Assembly: GCA_937921735.1 (NCBI GenBank)
Contig: CAKZTQ010000011.1
Span: 82,333-146,332 of the forward strand
Length of the DNA: 64,000 bases
Origin: an uncultured archaeon
Lineage (GTDB): Archaea; Hadarchaeota; Hadarchaeia; Hadarchaeales; Hadarchaeaceae
Direction of reading: 5' to 3'
Position 1 is the first letter of the stretch; every line of letters begins with the position of its first letter. Shown in pieces: positions 53,695 to 62,786 of this stretch. A model generated the notes under the pieces. The model made no database searches. It was not told where the DNA came from and was given only the letters and a program-made list of their open reading frames with translations. Both the position numbers and the translations under genes were made by a program.

Positions 53695-54075
53695 ATGTAC
53701 TTCATCTTCAAGCACGTCGAACATTCCAACTACCGCGACAAGCCTGGTGAGTACTACCACTATACCCAAGCTTCGCCGAACCATGAGATGGTGAGACGGG
53801 GCGCGAGGGTGCTCTGCTATCAAAAGGAGACGGACCAGATCTTCGCAAAAGCGCACGTGGGCAGGGTTGAGTGCAAACTCATCCGAGGCGTCAAAAATTT
53901 CTTCGCCTATTACTCGAGCTACAGGCGGTTCAAGCGCCCCGTGTTCCTCGACGAGATCAGGGGGCAGTTGAGGCTCCGCGACCTCCGCCGCCCCTCGCCT
54001 GGCATCATCCCGCTGGACAAACATACCTTCGAGAGGATGATTGAGATCATCGAACGGATCCAGCGGTCGGGCTGA
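53695..54075 (+). CDS. Hypothetical protein (faint resemblance to PUA-like/EVE-type reader domains)
   Basis: 126 aa. Contains MYFIFKHVEHSNYRDKPGEYYHYT...GARVLCYQKETDQIFAKAHVGRVE...FKRPVFLDEI. The pattern of short beta-strand-like blocks is only suggestive. Confidence 0.45.
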   Translation: MYFIFKHVEHSNYRDKPGEYYHYTQASPNHEMVRRGARVLCYQKETDQIFAKAHVGRVECKLIRGVKNFFAYYSSYRRFKRPVFLDEIRGQLRLRDLRRPSPGIIPLDKHTFERMIEIIERIQRSG

Positions 54076-54105
54076 CTCGGACCAAGAGAAGCCTAAGTTA
54101 GCCCG

Positions 54106-55038
54106 CTAAGCCCGCTTGGGCATGTGGAGCTTGAGCCAAGCACGTCGGTATAGCGCCCGGTACTTGCCGCGCTTGTACGGGCGTGGCTGCCATTCTTTTA
54201 AGCTCTCCGTCCTGCAGCGGGGGCATAGGAGCACGAAGTTATCTACGTCATCCTCCCCGTTTGGGTCGAGCTTGTACATGCCGACCCCTCGGGAGGAGCA
54301 GAGCTCGCACCTGTCGCCCAAGGACGTCTTGATCTCCAGGAGCTTGGGCGAGGCCAGGATCGAGATCGCCGTCGGCACCTCGTCCAGCGATGGTACGGTT
54401 AAGTCAGGCTCTACCTCAGCATCCTCGATCACGGAGGAGCTCAGGAGCACCGAACACATTCCCGCTGCCTTAGCCCCGACCACATCTTCTTCTAGCGAGT
54501 TCCCGACGTGGGCGGCCTCATGCGCCTCGACGCTCAACAGCTCAAGCGCGCGGCGGAAGATCTCTGGACTGGGCTTCCTGACCCCCACGTCGCGCGAGAT
54601 CACGACGACCTTGAAGTAGTCCAGCAGCCCCTCCCTCGCGAGGAAATCCCTCGATAGACCGCTCATCGAGTTCGAGATTATCCCAAGCTCGTAGTTTTTC
54701 TTGAGTTCTGAGAGCACGTCGCGGGCCCGTGGTTTTAGGGCCATCCGGAAGTTCTCGCTGTAAATCCTCATCACCCCCTCTATGACTTGAGGACTTGGAG
54801 GCACGTGAAGCGCCCTTAGAACTCCGGAGTAAAATTCCTCAAATTTTACTTCCGCAAGTCTTTCCCTTGTCTTCCTCAGGTCTTCGAGGGCCGAGCGCAT
54901 CGCTCTCTGATATTCCTCCCGGCTCACCTCAAAGCCCAAGTCCGCCAAGTACTCCAAGAACTTCTTTTGATAAGTTCCTAGATCGAGACCGTCCTCAGCA
55001 AGCGTCCCGCCCACATCGAAGGTAACCGCCTTAAGCAT
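54106..55038 (-). CDS. HAD-superfamily hydrolase fused to a C-terminal HNH-like zinc ribbon and a basic tail
   Basis: ORF trimmed to the ATG at 55038 (MLKAVTFDVGGTL, HAD motif I). Also ISNS and VGNSLEEDVVGAKAAG (motifs II-IV). The C-terminus is CELCSSRGVGMYKLDPNGEDDVDNFVLLCPRCRTES followed by a Lys/Arg-rich tail. Confidence 0.75.
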   Translation of the reverse strand: MLKAVTFDVGGTLAEDGLDLGTYQKKFLEYLADLGFEVSREEYQRAMRSALEDLRKTRERLAEVKFEEFYSGVLRALHVPPSPQVIEGVMRIYSENFRMALKPRARDVLSELKKNYELGIISNSMSGLSRDFLAREGLLDYFKVVVISRDVGVRKPSPEIFRRALELLSVEAHEAAHVGNSLEEDVVGAKAAGMCSVLLSSSVIEDAEVEPDLTVPSLDEVPTAISILASPKLLEIKTSLGDRCELCSSRGVGMYKLDPNGEDDVDNFVLLCPRCRTESLKEWQPRPYKRGKYRALYRRAWLKLHMPKRA

Positions 55039-55071
55039 GTGCCCCCCCAAGGCCCTTTGCCTTTTTTGGAT

Positions 55072-55680
55072 TTACCCCTTGGGCTCGCCGAGTGGAAAAC
55101 GATCACCTACTTTGGCCCCGAGGAGCAGCTTTACGCTGAGCGCCACACAGCAGGCGGAGGCGACGAGCGCCGCAATCGCCTCCGGGATGGCGACCGCGGG
55201 CCAAGGGAAGACCCAGACTATGCCAGCCAAGACACCGGCGATGGCGATGAGGGACCCCAGCCTCCTCTCGCCAAGTTGCACGAGCGCCGCCCCCAACAGC
55301 CAGAGAGATATCACTAGCAGGGCAAAAAATGCGACGGACACATAGAAATGGATGTCGCCGACCGTTTCCGGGAAGATACCCACAGCACATAGCGCTGCAC
55401 CGGTGAGCGCCAACACAATTGCTCCCGCGTTGCCCAGCGCCCTCCCCCTGAGTGGAAAACGGAGGCCAAATGCGAAGGACGTGACAAGGGCGCCGGCGGC
55501 GATGAGGCCGGAATTGAAAAGGGGGGCCGACCGTTCCTCGGCCCCTAGGTCGCTCAGCGCGTTACCGGTCCAGCTGAACCACGGCGAGCGAGAGATCGCG
55601 AGCGCTATCATCGAAAAGGCCAGCGCCGGGGCGACGACGCCACATAGCCCGGCGAGCCGTAGGAGAGTCCCCGATTTCAT
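55072..55680 (-). CDS. DUF998-family membrane protein
   Basis: 202 aa, about 6 TM. The N-terminal region is LCGVVAPALAFSMIALAISRSPWFSWTGNALSDLG. Confidence 0.65.
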   Translation of the reverse strand: MKSGTLLRLAGLCGVVAPALAFSMIALAISRSPWFSWTGNALSDLGAEERSAPLFNSGLIAAGALVTSFAFGLRFPLRGRALGNAGAIVLALTGAALCAVGIFPETVGDIHFYVSVAFFALLVISLWLLGAALVQLGERRLGSLIAIAGVLAGIVWVFPWPAVAIPEAIAALVASACCVALSVKLLLGAKVGDRFPLGEPKG

Positions 55681-55839
55681 GAACTCAACTGTAAAGATTC
55701 AGATCCTTTTGCTTAAAAGTGCGACCGGACAAATGTCGGAGTTTTGTTACACGTAACTTTTGATGTTAACCACTTCCGGTTTACAAACACTTTTTATTTA
55801 CCGTTTAATATCAATTTTCGAACCGCGTCGGGTGAGGCC

Positions 55840-56679
55840 TTGAGGAGCTGGGGGATTGTCGCGTTAACGATCGCCGGCGTGTTGCTCCTGTACCTCCTTA
55901 TCCCCAAGGGCGGGCAGGGAATCGTCGCATTCTGCGGCGCCGCTTCTAAACCCGCGCTTGAGGCCGCAGCGGCAGCTTTCGAGAGGGAGACCGGTATAAG
56001 GGTCGAGTTATACTTCGGGGGCTCGGGCGACGTGCTTTCGAGGATGGTGCTCTCGGCTAGCGGAGACCTGTATATCCCGGGCTCGCCTGAGTACATGACC
56101 AAAGCCATCGAGCTCGGGGTAGTGGAGCCCTCAAGCGTAAGGGTACTAGCCTACCTCGTGCCTGCGGTCATCGTGCCCAAGGGCAACCCAAAGGGCATCG
56201 CTGAGCTCCGCGACCTCGCTAGGCCCGGCGTTAGGGTAGCGATAGCCGACCCGGAGTCGGTCTGCGTCGGCGAGTACGCGGTCGAGGTGTTGAAGTGCAA
56301 TGGGCTGTATGGGGAGGTGAGCGCGAACATCGTGATGTATGCCGAAAGCTGTTCCAAACTGGCCGCGCTTCCCGTCATGGGCGTGGTGGATGCCGTCATA
56401 GGGTGGGACGTCTTCCACGCGTGGAACCCTAATGAGACCGAAATCATCCACCTTGAGCCCTCCGCGAGGGTGCCCAAGCTGGCCTACGTGCCCGCGGCGA
56501 TCTCGCGCTACAGCAAGAACCCCGACGCCGCGAGGCGATTCTTGGACTTCCTGAGCTCGCAGAAGGGGCGCAGGTGCTTCGAGGAGGCGGGCTACTTGAT
56601 CGCGGAGGAGGAGGCTAGAGGATATGCGCCTCGTGCGGACGTGCCTAAGGTGGTGAGCGATGAAATTGGACGGGAATAG
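55840..56679 (+). CDS. Molybdate/tungstate ABC transporter substrate-binding protein (ModA/WtpA-like)
   Basis: ORF 55744..56679 trimmed to the in-frame TTG at 55840 (MRSWGIVALTIAGVLLLYLL signal anchor), downstream of an AT-rich TATA-like stretch at 55789-55818. Contains VAFCGAASKPALE..FE..TGI.V.L.FGGSG. Confidence 0.7.
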   Translation: MRSWGIVALTIAGVLLLYLLIPKGGQGIVAFCGAASKPALEAAAAAFERETGIRVELYFGGSGDVLSRMVLSASGDLYIPGSPEYMTKAIELGVVEPSSVRVLAYLVPAVIVPKGNPKGIAELRDLARPGVRVAIADPESVCVGEYAVEVLKCNGLYGEVSANIVMYAESCSKLAALPVMGVVDAVIGWDVFHAWNPNETEIIHLEPSARVPKLAYVPAAISRYSKNPDAARRFLDFLSSQKGRRCFEEAGYLIAEEEARGYAPRADVPKVVSDEIGRE

Positions 56680-57445
56680 GTCCTTCAGCATTCTGGCTCT
56701 CGCTTCTCTCCTAGCTCTCTCCCTCTTCTTCAGCGCCGTGTTGCTTTCGGTGCTCCTCTACGCAAGCCCCCGCGAGTTCCTCTCCTCTCTGCTCTCGAAG
56801 GAAGTGCAGTTCTCCATTCAGCTGAGCTTAGCCACCGCGACCATCGCCACAGTAGCCTGTATGTTCTTCGCGGTCCCCGCCGCCTATGCCCTGTCCAGGT
56901 TCAGCTTTCGCGGGAAAGGGGCGATCGACCTCCTTCTTTATCTCCCCATCGGTCTACCTCCGGTGGCACTTGGGGCAGCCCTTTTGATCTTCTTCGGCAC
57001 GCCAGTGGGGAAGATCTTTTCGTCAAAGTTCGTCTTCGAGGTACCGGGTATTGTCTTGGCTCAGTTCGCCGTCATCAGCGCTCTAGCGACCAAGATCCTG
57101 AAGGCGACCTTCGATAGCATAGACGAGGAGTACGAGGCGGTGGCGAGGACGCTGGGCTGCACGAGATTTCAGGCCTTCCGCAGGGTGACGCTGCACCTCG
57201 CTAGGGGAGGGCTTCTGACCACGATCGCCATCTCTTGGGTGAGAGCGGTGGGGGAATTCGGCGCCACCGTGATGCTGGCCGGGGCAACTAGGATGAAGAC
57301 GGAAACCCTGCCTATCGCCATCTACCTCAGCCTCCAAGCGGCGGATGTGGTTAAGATGTCCGTGTTGATCATCGTGCTGGCCGTGGTCAGCTTGGCGGCA
57401 TTGTTCCTCATCCAGAGGTTTGGGGAGAGGTGGCCAATCATATGA
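56660..57445 (+). CDS. ABC transporter permease (ModB/WtpB-like)
   Basis: 261 aa, 5-6 TM. Has the EAA-type loop DEEYEAVARTLGCTRFQAFRRVTL. Overlaps both flanking genes. Confidence 0.85.
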   Translation: MKLDGNRSFSILALASLLALSLFFSAVLLSVLLYASPREFLSSLLSKEVQFSIQLSLATATIATVACMFFAVPAAYALSRFSFRGKGAIDLLLYLPIGLPPVALGAALLIFFGTPVGKIFSSKFVFEVPGIVLAQFAVISALATKILKATFDSIDEEYEAVARTLGCTRFQAFRRVTLHLARGGLLTTIAISWVRAVGEFGATVMLAGATRMKTETLPIAIYLSLQAADVVKMSVLIIVLAVVSLAALFLIQRFGERWPII

Positions 57446-58143
57446 TCTCGGTCGAGGATCTTAACCTGCGATTGGGTAACTTCGCCCTCGTCGACGTCAA
57501 CCTTCGCGTGGGCAGGGGGGAGCACCTGGTGATCCTCGGGCCCATAGGCAGCGGCAAGACCACGCTCTTGAAGTGCATCGCCGGCATCTACACGCCCGAC
57601 AGCGGAAGGATAAAAATAGACGGGAGGGACATAAGCAGGTTGCCCCCGGAGAAAAGGAACCTTGGCTACGTGCCGCAGGACTACAAGTTGTTCCCGCACC
57701 TGAACGTCGCCGAGAATGTCGCCTTCGGGCTTAAGGTTAGGGGGCTCTCGGACGTTGGTGAGAGGGTGAGGGAAGTGCTTGAGTTGGTAGGCCTACCCGA
57801 GCTCTCGAGCCGGCGCGTCGAGCAGTTGAGCGAAGGGCAGAAGCAATTGGTCGCCATCGCGAGGGCCTTGGCGATTAAGCCCCACGTTTTGCTGCTCGAT
57901 GAGCCCTTCGCGAGGCTGGATTCGGTGGCCAAGGCTAGGCTGCGGGGGGAGTTGATGAGGATCCACGAGCAGACGGGGACCACCATGATCCACGTTACCC
58001 ACGACTTCGAAGCGGCGCTAGGACTTGGGGGCAGGGTGGCGGTGATGGACGGGGGTAGGCTATCGCAGGAGTTACCGGAGGTGGCAAGATATCTGCAGGA
58101 GAGATTGGGATACATCCCCGTCGACCTCGAGGGAGAGGTCTAG
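57430..58143 (+). CDS. ABC transporter ATP-binding protein (ModC/WtpC-like)
   Basis: 237 aa. Walker A GPIGSGKTT, signature LSEGQKQ, Walker B LLLDEP, H-loop VTHD. Confidence 0.9.
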   Translation: MANHMISVEDLNLRLGNFALVDVNLRVGRGEHLVILGPIGSGKTTLLKCIAGIYTPDSGRIKIDGRDISRLPPEKRNLGYVPQDYKLFPHLNVAENVAFGLKVRGLSDVGERVREVLELVGLPELSSRRVEQLSEGQKQLVAIARALAIKPHVLLLDEPFARLDSVAKARLRGELMRIHEQTGTTMIHVTHDFEAALGLGGRVAVMDGGRLSQELPEVARYLQERLGYIPVDLEGEV

Positions 58144-58667
58144 TGCCCTTTTTGCAACTTGGTGATCTCCTCGTGGAGGGCGTCGAGGCGCTTGAGGGCT
58201 GGGTGCCCCCGCCCGAGTGAGGCCTCGAGCTGGGCCCTCGCCTCCTCATAGGAGATCTCGCCGGAGCCGGCCACCAACTTATCCGCGTAGGTGACGATCT
58301 TCTCCTCCAGCGAGATGGGGAGGTAATCGCGCTTGGGGAGGCCAAGTTCCTCGGCCTCCTTTGCCGGGATGCCCGCACCGAGGTGACGCTCCGCAAAGCG
58401 AGCGAGCTCCTCCAACCCCCTTTCCCTTAGTATCCTACCTCCCTCGACGCCGTGCGGGATATCGTGCGTTACCGCTCGCCCTATGTCGTGTAGCAGGGCG
58501 CCGAGCTCCACCAATCTCAGGTCCACGCTGTGGCCGCAGGCTTTAATCCGTTCGGCGATCTCCAGCGCCTTTCGCGCCACCGTTAGGCAGTGCCGGATCA
58601 CCCGCCTCGAGCAGCCCACGTTACGCAGGAGCTCCAAGGCCTCGTCGCGGTTCATCCTCGCCACCAT
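58140..58667 (-). CDS. HD-domain (HDIG) metal-dependent phosphohydrolase
   Basis: 175 aa. Contains H..CLTVA, LLHDIGRAVTHDIPHGVEGGRIL and ERHLGAGI. Confidence 0.8.
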   Translation of the reverse strand: MVARMNRDEALELLRNVGCSRRVIRHCLTVARKALEIAERIKACGHSVDLRLVELGALLHDIGRAVTHDIPHGVEGGRILRERGLEELARFAERHLGAGIPAKEAEELGLPKRDYLPISLEEKIVTYADKLVAGSGEISYEEARAQLEASLGRGHPALKRLDALHEEITKLQKGH

Positions 58668-58825
58668 CGATACTGCGGCGCGCGCTTTAAAAGTCCTTGA
58701 CCCGACGACTAAGCCTTTGCCCGATTTGCATCGGTGATCGACATGGGGCCCAGACCTCTCTGGAAAACGTGTAAACTTGGCCCTAGTTGGACATCAAAAT
58801 GACTCGAGGCGGGAAAACCTCAACC

Positions 58826-59341
58826 TTAGCTCTCCGTCAGGTTCTGCTTTAGATTCTCTATCTGGCGCTCGAGCGCGTTGATTATGCTGCTGTTGTCGAA
58901 GTACTCCAGCTTTTCCCCGCACTGGGGGCACTTGAAATCGTTTTCCGTCGCGTCGTCGAAGGATAGCTTAACGCAACCCTTGCTGCAGCTGAAGTACATC
59001 GTCGCCCGTTCCTGCTCGAGTCGCTCTTGAAGTTTTTGAAGCAATAGGCGCCTGTTGTTCGTGAGGTATTCTAAAGCCCTCTCCGGTTCAATACGCCAGT
59101 AGTATATGTACCACCCACTGTCCTCATCCCGTATTCTTCGATAGCTGACCACGCGGTTCTCGTATAAGTCGTACAGTATCCTCCTGACTAGGTTTATGCG
59201 TATGCCAGTTCGTTTTGCCAGCTCCTCGTCGGTGGCTTCTCCCTTGGCCAAAGCGGCGGCTACCTCATAGCCATTTTCGCCCGCGACCCTGAGCAAGATC
59301 TCTTTAAAAACTGGGTCTTCCAGTATCTTCCCTCGGTCCAC
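58826..59341 (-). CDS. tfe: Transcription factor E (TFE alpha)
   Basis: ORF 58826..59449 trimmed to the GTG at 59341 (preceded by GGGGGGA). Winged-helix region DEELAKRTGIRINLVRRILYDLYENRVVSY..DEDSGWYIYYW plus zinc ribbon CSKGC...CPQCG. The longer ORF would overlap trm56. Confidence 0.85.
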   Translation of the reverse strand: MDRGKILEDPVFKEILLRVAGENGYEVAAALAKGEATDEELAKRTGIRINLVRRILYDLYENRVVSYRRIRDEDSGWYIYYWRIEPERALEYLTNNRRLLLQKLQERLEQERATMYFSCSKGCVKLSFDDATENDFKCPQCGEKLEYFDNSSIINALERQIENLKQNLTES

Positions 59342-59383
59342 TGGATTTCCCCCCAATAAGCAGGTTGAAATTCTGTTTAACTT

Positions 59384-59400
59384 CAAATAAATATTTATTG
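59384..59400 (-). promoter_or_regulatory. TATA-like element upstream of tfe
   Basis: Minus-strand CAATAAATATTTATTTG lies about 50 nt upstream of the GTG at 59341, leaving room for a short SD-containing leader. Confidence 0.35.
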
Positions 59401-59445
59401 GAACCCCTAAAAAGCATACCACCGGTTTAAAGTGCCTATCCCCAT

Positions 59446-59973
59446 TCACGCCAGCCTTTGGACATTTTTCCCCTTTTTCATCGGAATTATCCTGAGTTTT
59501 GCGCCATCGAACTGCTTCTTGAGCTCGGTGCCCCTAAAGATCCTATCGAGCAAGATCGCCAGCGCTGCAACCTCGGAGTGCGGTTGGTTGCCGACGGCGA
59601 CGTTGAGGTCGGCCAACTCGAAGATTTCCCCCGGTACCTTTTCCGCCCCAATTGCGACCAGCAAGTCCTTCCCCCCTAACCTCGGAAGGACATCGTCGAG
59701 CGGCAGGCCGTACATGGTGAGGTGGACCACCATCCCGCCTTTCGCTTGCCATTCGTCCACGGCTTTCCGCCAAGGTATACCGCTTTGGATGAAGAAGTCC
59801 CCGCCCCAAAGTTCGACCACCTTGCGCACGCTCCGCTCTACACGCTCGTCCCTCACGTCCGCGAGTATCAACCCATCCGCGCCGAATGCCCTAGCGACCA
59901 AGGCAACGTGTGTCGTGATCCTCTTATCCCTTTGAGGTCGATGGCCCATGCGCAGGACGACGATCTTGGGCAA
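59446..59973 (-). CDS. trm56: tRNA (cytidine56-2'-O)-methyltransferase aTrm56
   Basis: 175 aa with a TTG start. [32 protein letters not shown] is the characteristic aTrm56 N-terminus. SPOUT size. Confidence 0.85.
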   Translation of the reverse strand: MPKIVVLRMGHRPQRDKRITTHVALVARAFGADGLILADVRDERVERSVRKVVELWGGDFFIQSGIPWRKAVDEWQAKGGMVVHLTMYGLPLDDVLPRLGGKDLLVAIGAEKVPGEIFELADLNVAVGNQPHSEVAALAILLDRIFRGTELKKQFDGAKLRIIPMKKGKNVQRLA

Positions 59974-59984
59974 CTCCGATCACC

Positions 59985-61076
59985 CTAGGCCGCCCCACCG
60001 TCGAAAATCTCCGCTCGAATCGAATCGAGCAAAACATCCAAGTTGGTGCCGAGCTTGGCCGAGATGGGCACGACCGGCAGCGCGATCTCGCGGAGGATCC
60101 TTACCCTGCGCTCCAACTCTTGTGGCTGGAGCAGGTCGATCTTATTGAGGGCCACTACAACTTTCATGGGATGTTCTGACAGTATCTCGCGCGAGGTTTG
60201 TAACTTCCTCAATATCTCGTGCATGGGTTCGGAGATATCGACGACAAGCACTACCAGCTCCGCGAGGTATATCTCCTCGAGCGTGGCCTTGAAGGCCTCT
60301 ATGAGCCAAGGGGGTAGGCCATCGATGAAGCCGACCGTATCGGTGAGGAGGATGATCTTGCTCGACCTCACCGCGCGGGTGCGGGGGGTAAGCGTGGTGA
60401 ACAACATGTCGTCTACCTCCGCCTTCCCGGCGGTCAGGGCGTTCAGCAGCGTGCTCTTGCCCGCGTTCGTATAGCCAGCTATCGCCACGAGCTTAAAGCC
60501 CCGCCTCCTCCTCAACTTTCGCCGCTGTTCTCTAGACTTCGCTATCGCCGCGAGCTTTCGTCTGAGGTTGGCCATGCGCCGCTTGATCATATCGTAGTAC
60601 ACGTCCACCTCGTACTCGCCGCCGCCGCGGAGACCAGGTTGCTCCGGCGACATCAGCGCCCGAACCCTCTCCCTGATCCTAGGCAACTCATACGCTAGCT
60701 TCGCGTACTCCACCTGGAGCTTAGCCTCGGGAGAGCCGGCGCGCATGGCGAAGATCTCCAGTATCAGCTGGAACCTGTCGATAACTTCGACGCCCAGCAA
60801 TTGCGAGAGCTTAAAGGCTTGGGACGGCGTGAGCTGGTTATAAAATATCACCCGCTCAGCCCCTGTCCTCTTGACGAGCTCCGCAAGTTCCTGGGCCTTA
60901 CCCCTCCCTATTTGGTAGGCCGGATCAGGCTCGCGCACCTGTTGGAGAGCGCCGACGATTTCATAATCGAGCGTCCTCGCTAGGGCCGCCAGTTCATCCA
61001 ATTTAGAGCTTTCGCCGAACTCCCGGCGCTCCGCCAACACGACGCGCATCGATATTATTTGGATGACCAAGCTCAA
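59985..61076 (-). CDS. hflX: GTPase HflX
   Basis: 363 aa. HflX N-domain (IGRGKAQEL, DRFQLILEIFA), then GYTNAGKSTLLNALT, DTVGFI and NKID. Confidence 0.9.
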   Translation of the reverse strand: MSLVIQIISMRVVLAERREFGESSKLDELAALARTLDYEIVGALQQVREPDPAYQIGRGKAQELAELVKRTGAERVIFYNQLTPSQAFKLSQLLGVEVIDRFQLILEIFAMRAGSPEAKLQVEYAKLAYELPRIRERVRALMSPEQPGLRGGGEYEVDVYYDMIKRRMANLRRKLAAIAKSREQRRKLRRRRGFKLVAIAGYTNAGKSTLLNALTAGKAEVDDMLFTTLTPRTRAVRSSKIILLTDTVGFIDGLPPWLIEAFKATLEEIYLAELVVLVVDISEPMHEILRKLQTSREILSEHPMKVVVALNKIDLLQPQELERRVRILREIALPVVPISAKLGTNLDVLLDSIRAEIFDGGAA

Positions 61077-61126
61077 AAACGATATCGTCCGTCTCGCGTT
61101 TAATTATCGAGAGCCATGGCGCCAGT

Positions 61127-61477
61127 TCATTCTATCAGCTCGATGCCCAGCACGCGACGGATCTTTTTTACAAGTTGCTCATCCGGCACGAGGGTACCCG
61201 CCTCCAACCTTTTCACCACCGAAACGCGTTCGGACAAACGCTTCGCTAGTTCCTCCTGCGTCAGCCCTAGTTTCTCGCGAGCTTGCCTTATGCGCTTCGG
61301 ATAATCCTCCGCGAGCTCGGGCATGTCGAACCAAGGTTCGATGGTAAGCTTGTGCTCGACTTCCCCGAGCTTGCGCCCCATGCTCGAGCACCGCTCGCAG
61401 ACCAGCATCACGACGCCATCGATTAAAACCCTGCGCGGTTCCCCTGTTATCTCCAGACCGCAGACCTCGCACTCCAT
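61127..61477 (-). CDS. Archaeal multiprotein-bridging factor 1 (aMBF1; zinc ribbon + HTH)
   Basis: 116 aa. Contains CEVCG...CERC, then the Cro/C1-type HTH IRQAREKLGLTQEELAKRL. Confidence 0.85.
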   Translation of the reverse strand: MECEVCGLEITGEPRRVLIDGVVMLVCERCSSMGRKLGEVEHKLTIEPWFDMPELAEDYPKRIRQAREKLGLTQEELAKRLSERVSVVKRLEAGTLVPDEQLVKKIRRVLGIELIE

Positions 61478-61570
61478 CGAAGCACCGTGGTTGTGTTTTA
61501 CAGGACGGAGGTTTATTTCTACTGAAAGCTTATATCAAAGTCCCCCTCATCATTGTTTGGAGGACCTCTG

Positions 61571-62767
61571 ATGGCAAATGCTTCCAAGGCTAAGGAGCCA
61601 GCGCACGAGGATACTTACGTGATGGATTACATCAAAAACTTGGAGCAGCGCGTCCGCAACCTTGAGCACGAGAAGCGCTCGCTCGAGGGCGAGTACGCCC
61701 GCATCCAGCGTGAGCTCCACAGCCTGCGCATGGAATTCGAGCGCCTGCGAGCTCCGCCCTTGATCGCCGCCACCTTGCTCGATGTCTTACCGGACGGTAG
61801 GGCGATAGTCCGCAGCAGCACTGGGCCACATTTTGTGGTGAGCGTTTCGCAATTCATCTCCCCAGAAGATTTAAAACCGGGGGCGAGGGTGGCCCTTAAC
61901 CAGCGCACCTTTAGCATCATGGAGGTGCTGCCCTCGAAGAAGGATCCGATGGTCTTGGGGATGGAGATCGAGGAGGCTCCTAACGTCACCTACGACGACG
62001 TAGGGGGACTCGACGAGCAGATACGGGAGATACGGGAGACGGTGGAGCTGCCCCTCCTGAGGCCGGATCTGTTCAAGAAGGTAGGCATCGAGCCACCTCG
62101 CGGCGTGCTCCTCTACGGCCCGCCGGGCACGGGTAAGACCCTGCTCGCCAGAGCGGTCGCGCACGAGACCAAGGCGACGTTCATCCGAGTCATAGGCTCC
62201 GAGCTGGTGCAGAAGTACATCGGCGAAGGCGCTAGGATGGTGCGCGAGATGTTCGAGTTGGCGAGGGAGAGGGCACCCAGCATAGTCTTCATAGACGAGA
62301 TAGACGCCATAGGAGCTCGCAGGATGGATACCTCGACGAGCGGAGATCGCGAGGTCCACCGCACGATGATGCAGTTGCTGGCGGAGATCGATGGCTTCGA
62401 CCCGCGCGGCGATGTGAAGATCTTGGCGGCGACCAACAGGCCCGATATCCTCGACCCGGCGCTGCTCAGACCAGGGCGCTTCGACAGGCTCATCCAGTTC
62501 CCGATGCCCAACGAGGCCGCGAGGGCAGCGATCTTCAGGATACACGTGAGGGGCATGAACCTAGCGGATGACGTGAACCTGGACTTGCTGGCGAAGGAGA
62601 CGGAGGGGGCAACCGGCGCCGACATCAAAGCCATTTGCACGGAGGCGGGCATGTTCGCGATCCGCAGGGGAGACGAGCAGGTCACGCAGGCGGACTTCGT
62701 GAAGGCGATCTCCAAGGTCTTGGCCGTCGTCAAGGCGCCGCCCAAGCCAGAAGTGATGTTCGGATAG
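61571..62767 (+). CDS. pan: Proteasome-activating nucleotidase PAN
   Basis: ORF 61553..62767. The ATG at 61571 follows GGAGG. N-terminal coiled coil, OB region, then AAA+ motifs [11 protein letters not shown] and IVFIDEIDA. Confidence 0.95.
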   Translation: MANASKAKEPAHEDTYVMDYIKNLEQRVRNLEHEKRSLEGEYARIQRELHSLRMEFERLRAPPLIAATLLDVLPDGRAIVRSSTGPHFVVSVSQFISPEDLKPGARVALNQRTFSIMEVLPSKKDPMVLGMEIEEAPNVTYDDVGGLDEQIREIRETVELPLLRPDLFKKVGIEPPRGVLLYGPPGTGKTLLARAVAHETKATFIRVIGSELVQKYIGEGARMVREMFELARERAPSIVFIDEIDAIGARRMDTSTSGDREVHRTMMQLLAEIDGFDPRGDVKILAATNRPDILDPALLRPGRFDRLIQFPMPNEAARAAIFRIHVRGMNLADDVNLDLLAKETEGATGADIKAICTEAGMFAIRRGDEQVTQADFVKAISKVLAVVKAPPKPEVMFG

Positions 62768-62786
62768 ACTTGAGTTGAATTCTGCC

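Noticed and set aside
58668-58825. 158-nt spacer between the HD-domain gene and tfe, with a 19-codon ORF
   Set aside because: The ORF has no SD or promoter geometry and no recognisable structure, so I treat the region as ordinary intergenic DNA.
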